The translations under genes and the position numbers were made by a program. This document shows positions 63,874-64,000 of a DNA stretch of 64,000 nt, piece after piece; positions within the stretch are counted from its first letter, which is position 1; each line of letters opens with the position of its first letter. Source of the stretch: Nitrospirota bacterium (lineage in GTDB: Bacteria > Nitrospirota > Thermodesulfovibrionia > Thermodesulfovibrionales > UBA9159); the NCBI GenBank assembly GCA_963699545.1, contig CAVOUE010000003.1:96001-160000 (forward strand), given 5' to 3'. The notes beneath the pieces are model-generated. The model was not told the origin of the DNA. It ran no database searches and saw nothing but the letters and a program-made list of their open reading frames with translations.

Positions 63874-64000
63874 ATGGGAACATCAGACGAAAGAGGCTTT
63901 AATCTTAAGGTCCTTCTCATCCTTTCCCTGGGACATCTCACCACGGACATCTATCAGAGTTCTCTCCCTGCGGTCCTGCCCTTCCTGAAAGACAAGCTGG
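63874..64000 (+). CDS. MFS transporter (Fsr-like), truncated by the window edge
   Basis: LSLGHLTTDIYQSSLPAVLPFL first-TM motif. Confidence 0.7.
   Translation, partial: MGTSDERGFNLKVLLILSLGHLTTDIYQSSLPAVLPFLKDKL

Overview
Bacterial chromosomal window. Gene style suggests an anaerobic Gram-negative, possibly Nitrospirota-like; this is inference only. Left to right: (1) a large GT2 with a repetitive coiled coil, comEC and the cdaA-cdaR-glmM operon; (2) an ABC-2/HlyD exporter; (3) a ~14.4 kb + strand surface-glycan cluster with a GT2-radical SAM fusion, a bicupin, two paralogous radical SAM/SPASM enzymes sharing an unrecognised N-terminal domain, and a membrane protein split by an intact IS3; (4) a ~7 kb capsid-less integrative element in tRNA-Val(CAC) with att repeats, arm-type sites, hicBA, a rep gene with iteron-like repeats, a candidate structured RNA and an apparently leaderless XRE-integrase operon; (5) a minus-strand LPS cluster; (6) housekeeping genes (hisA, hisF, heptose kinase, MerR family, PBP1A, nrdJ with NrdR boxes, dCMP deaminase, OmpA family and others). 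About 16 genes have small frameshifts, most likely long-read consensus errors. The best novelty candidates are the glycan-linked radical SAM module and the tRNA-Val element.
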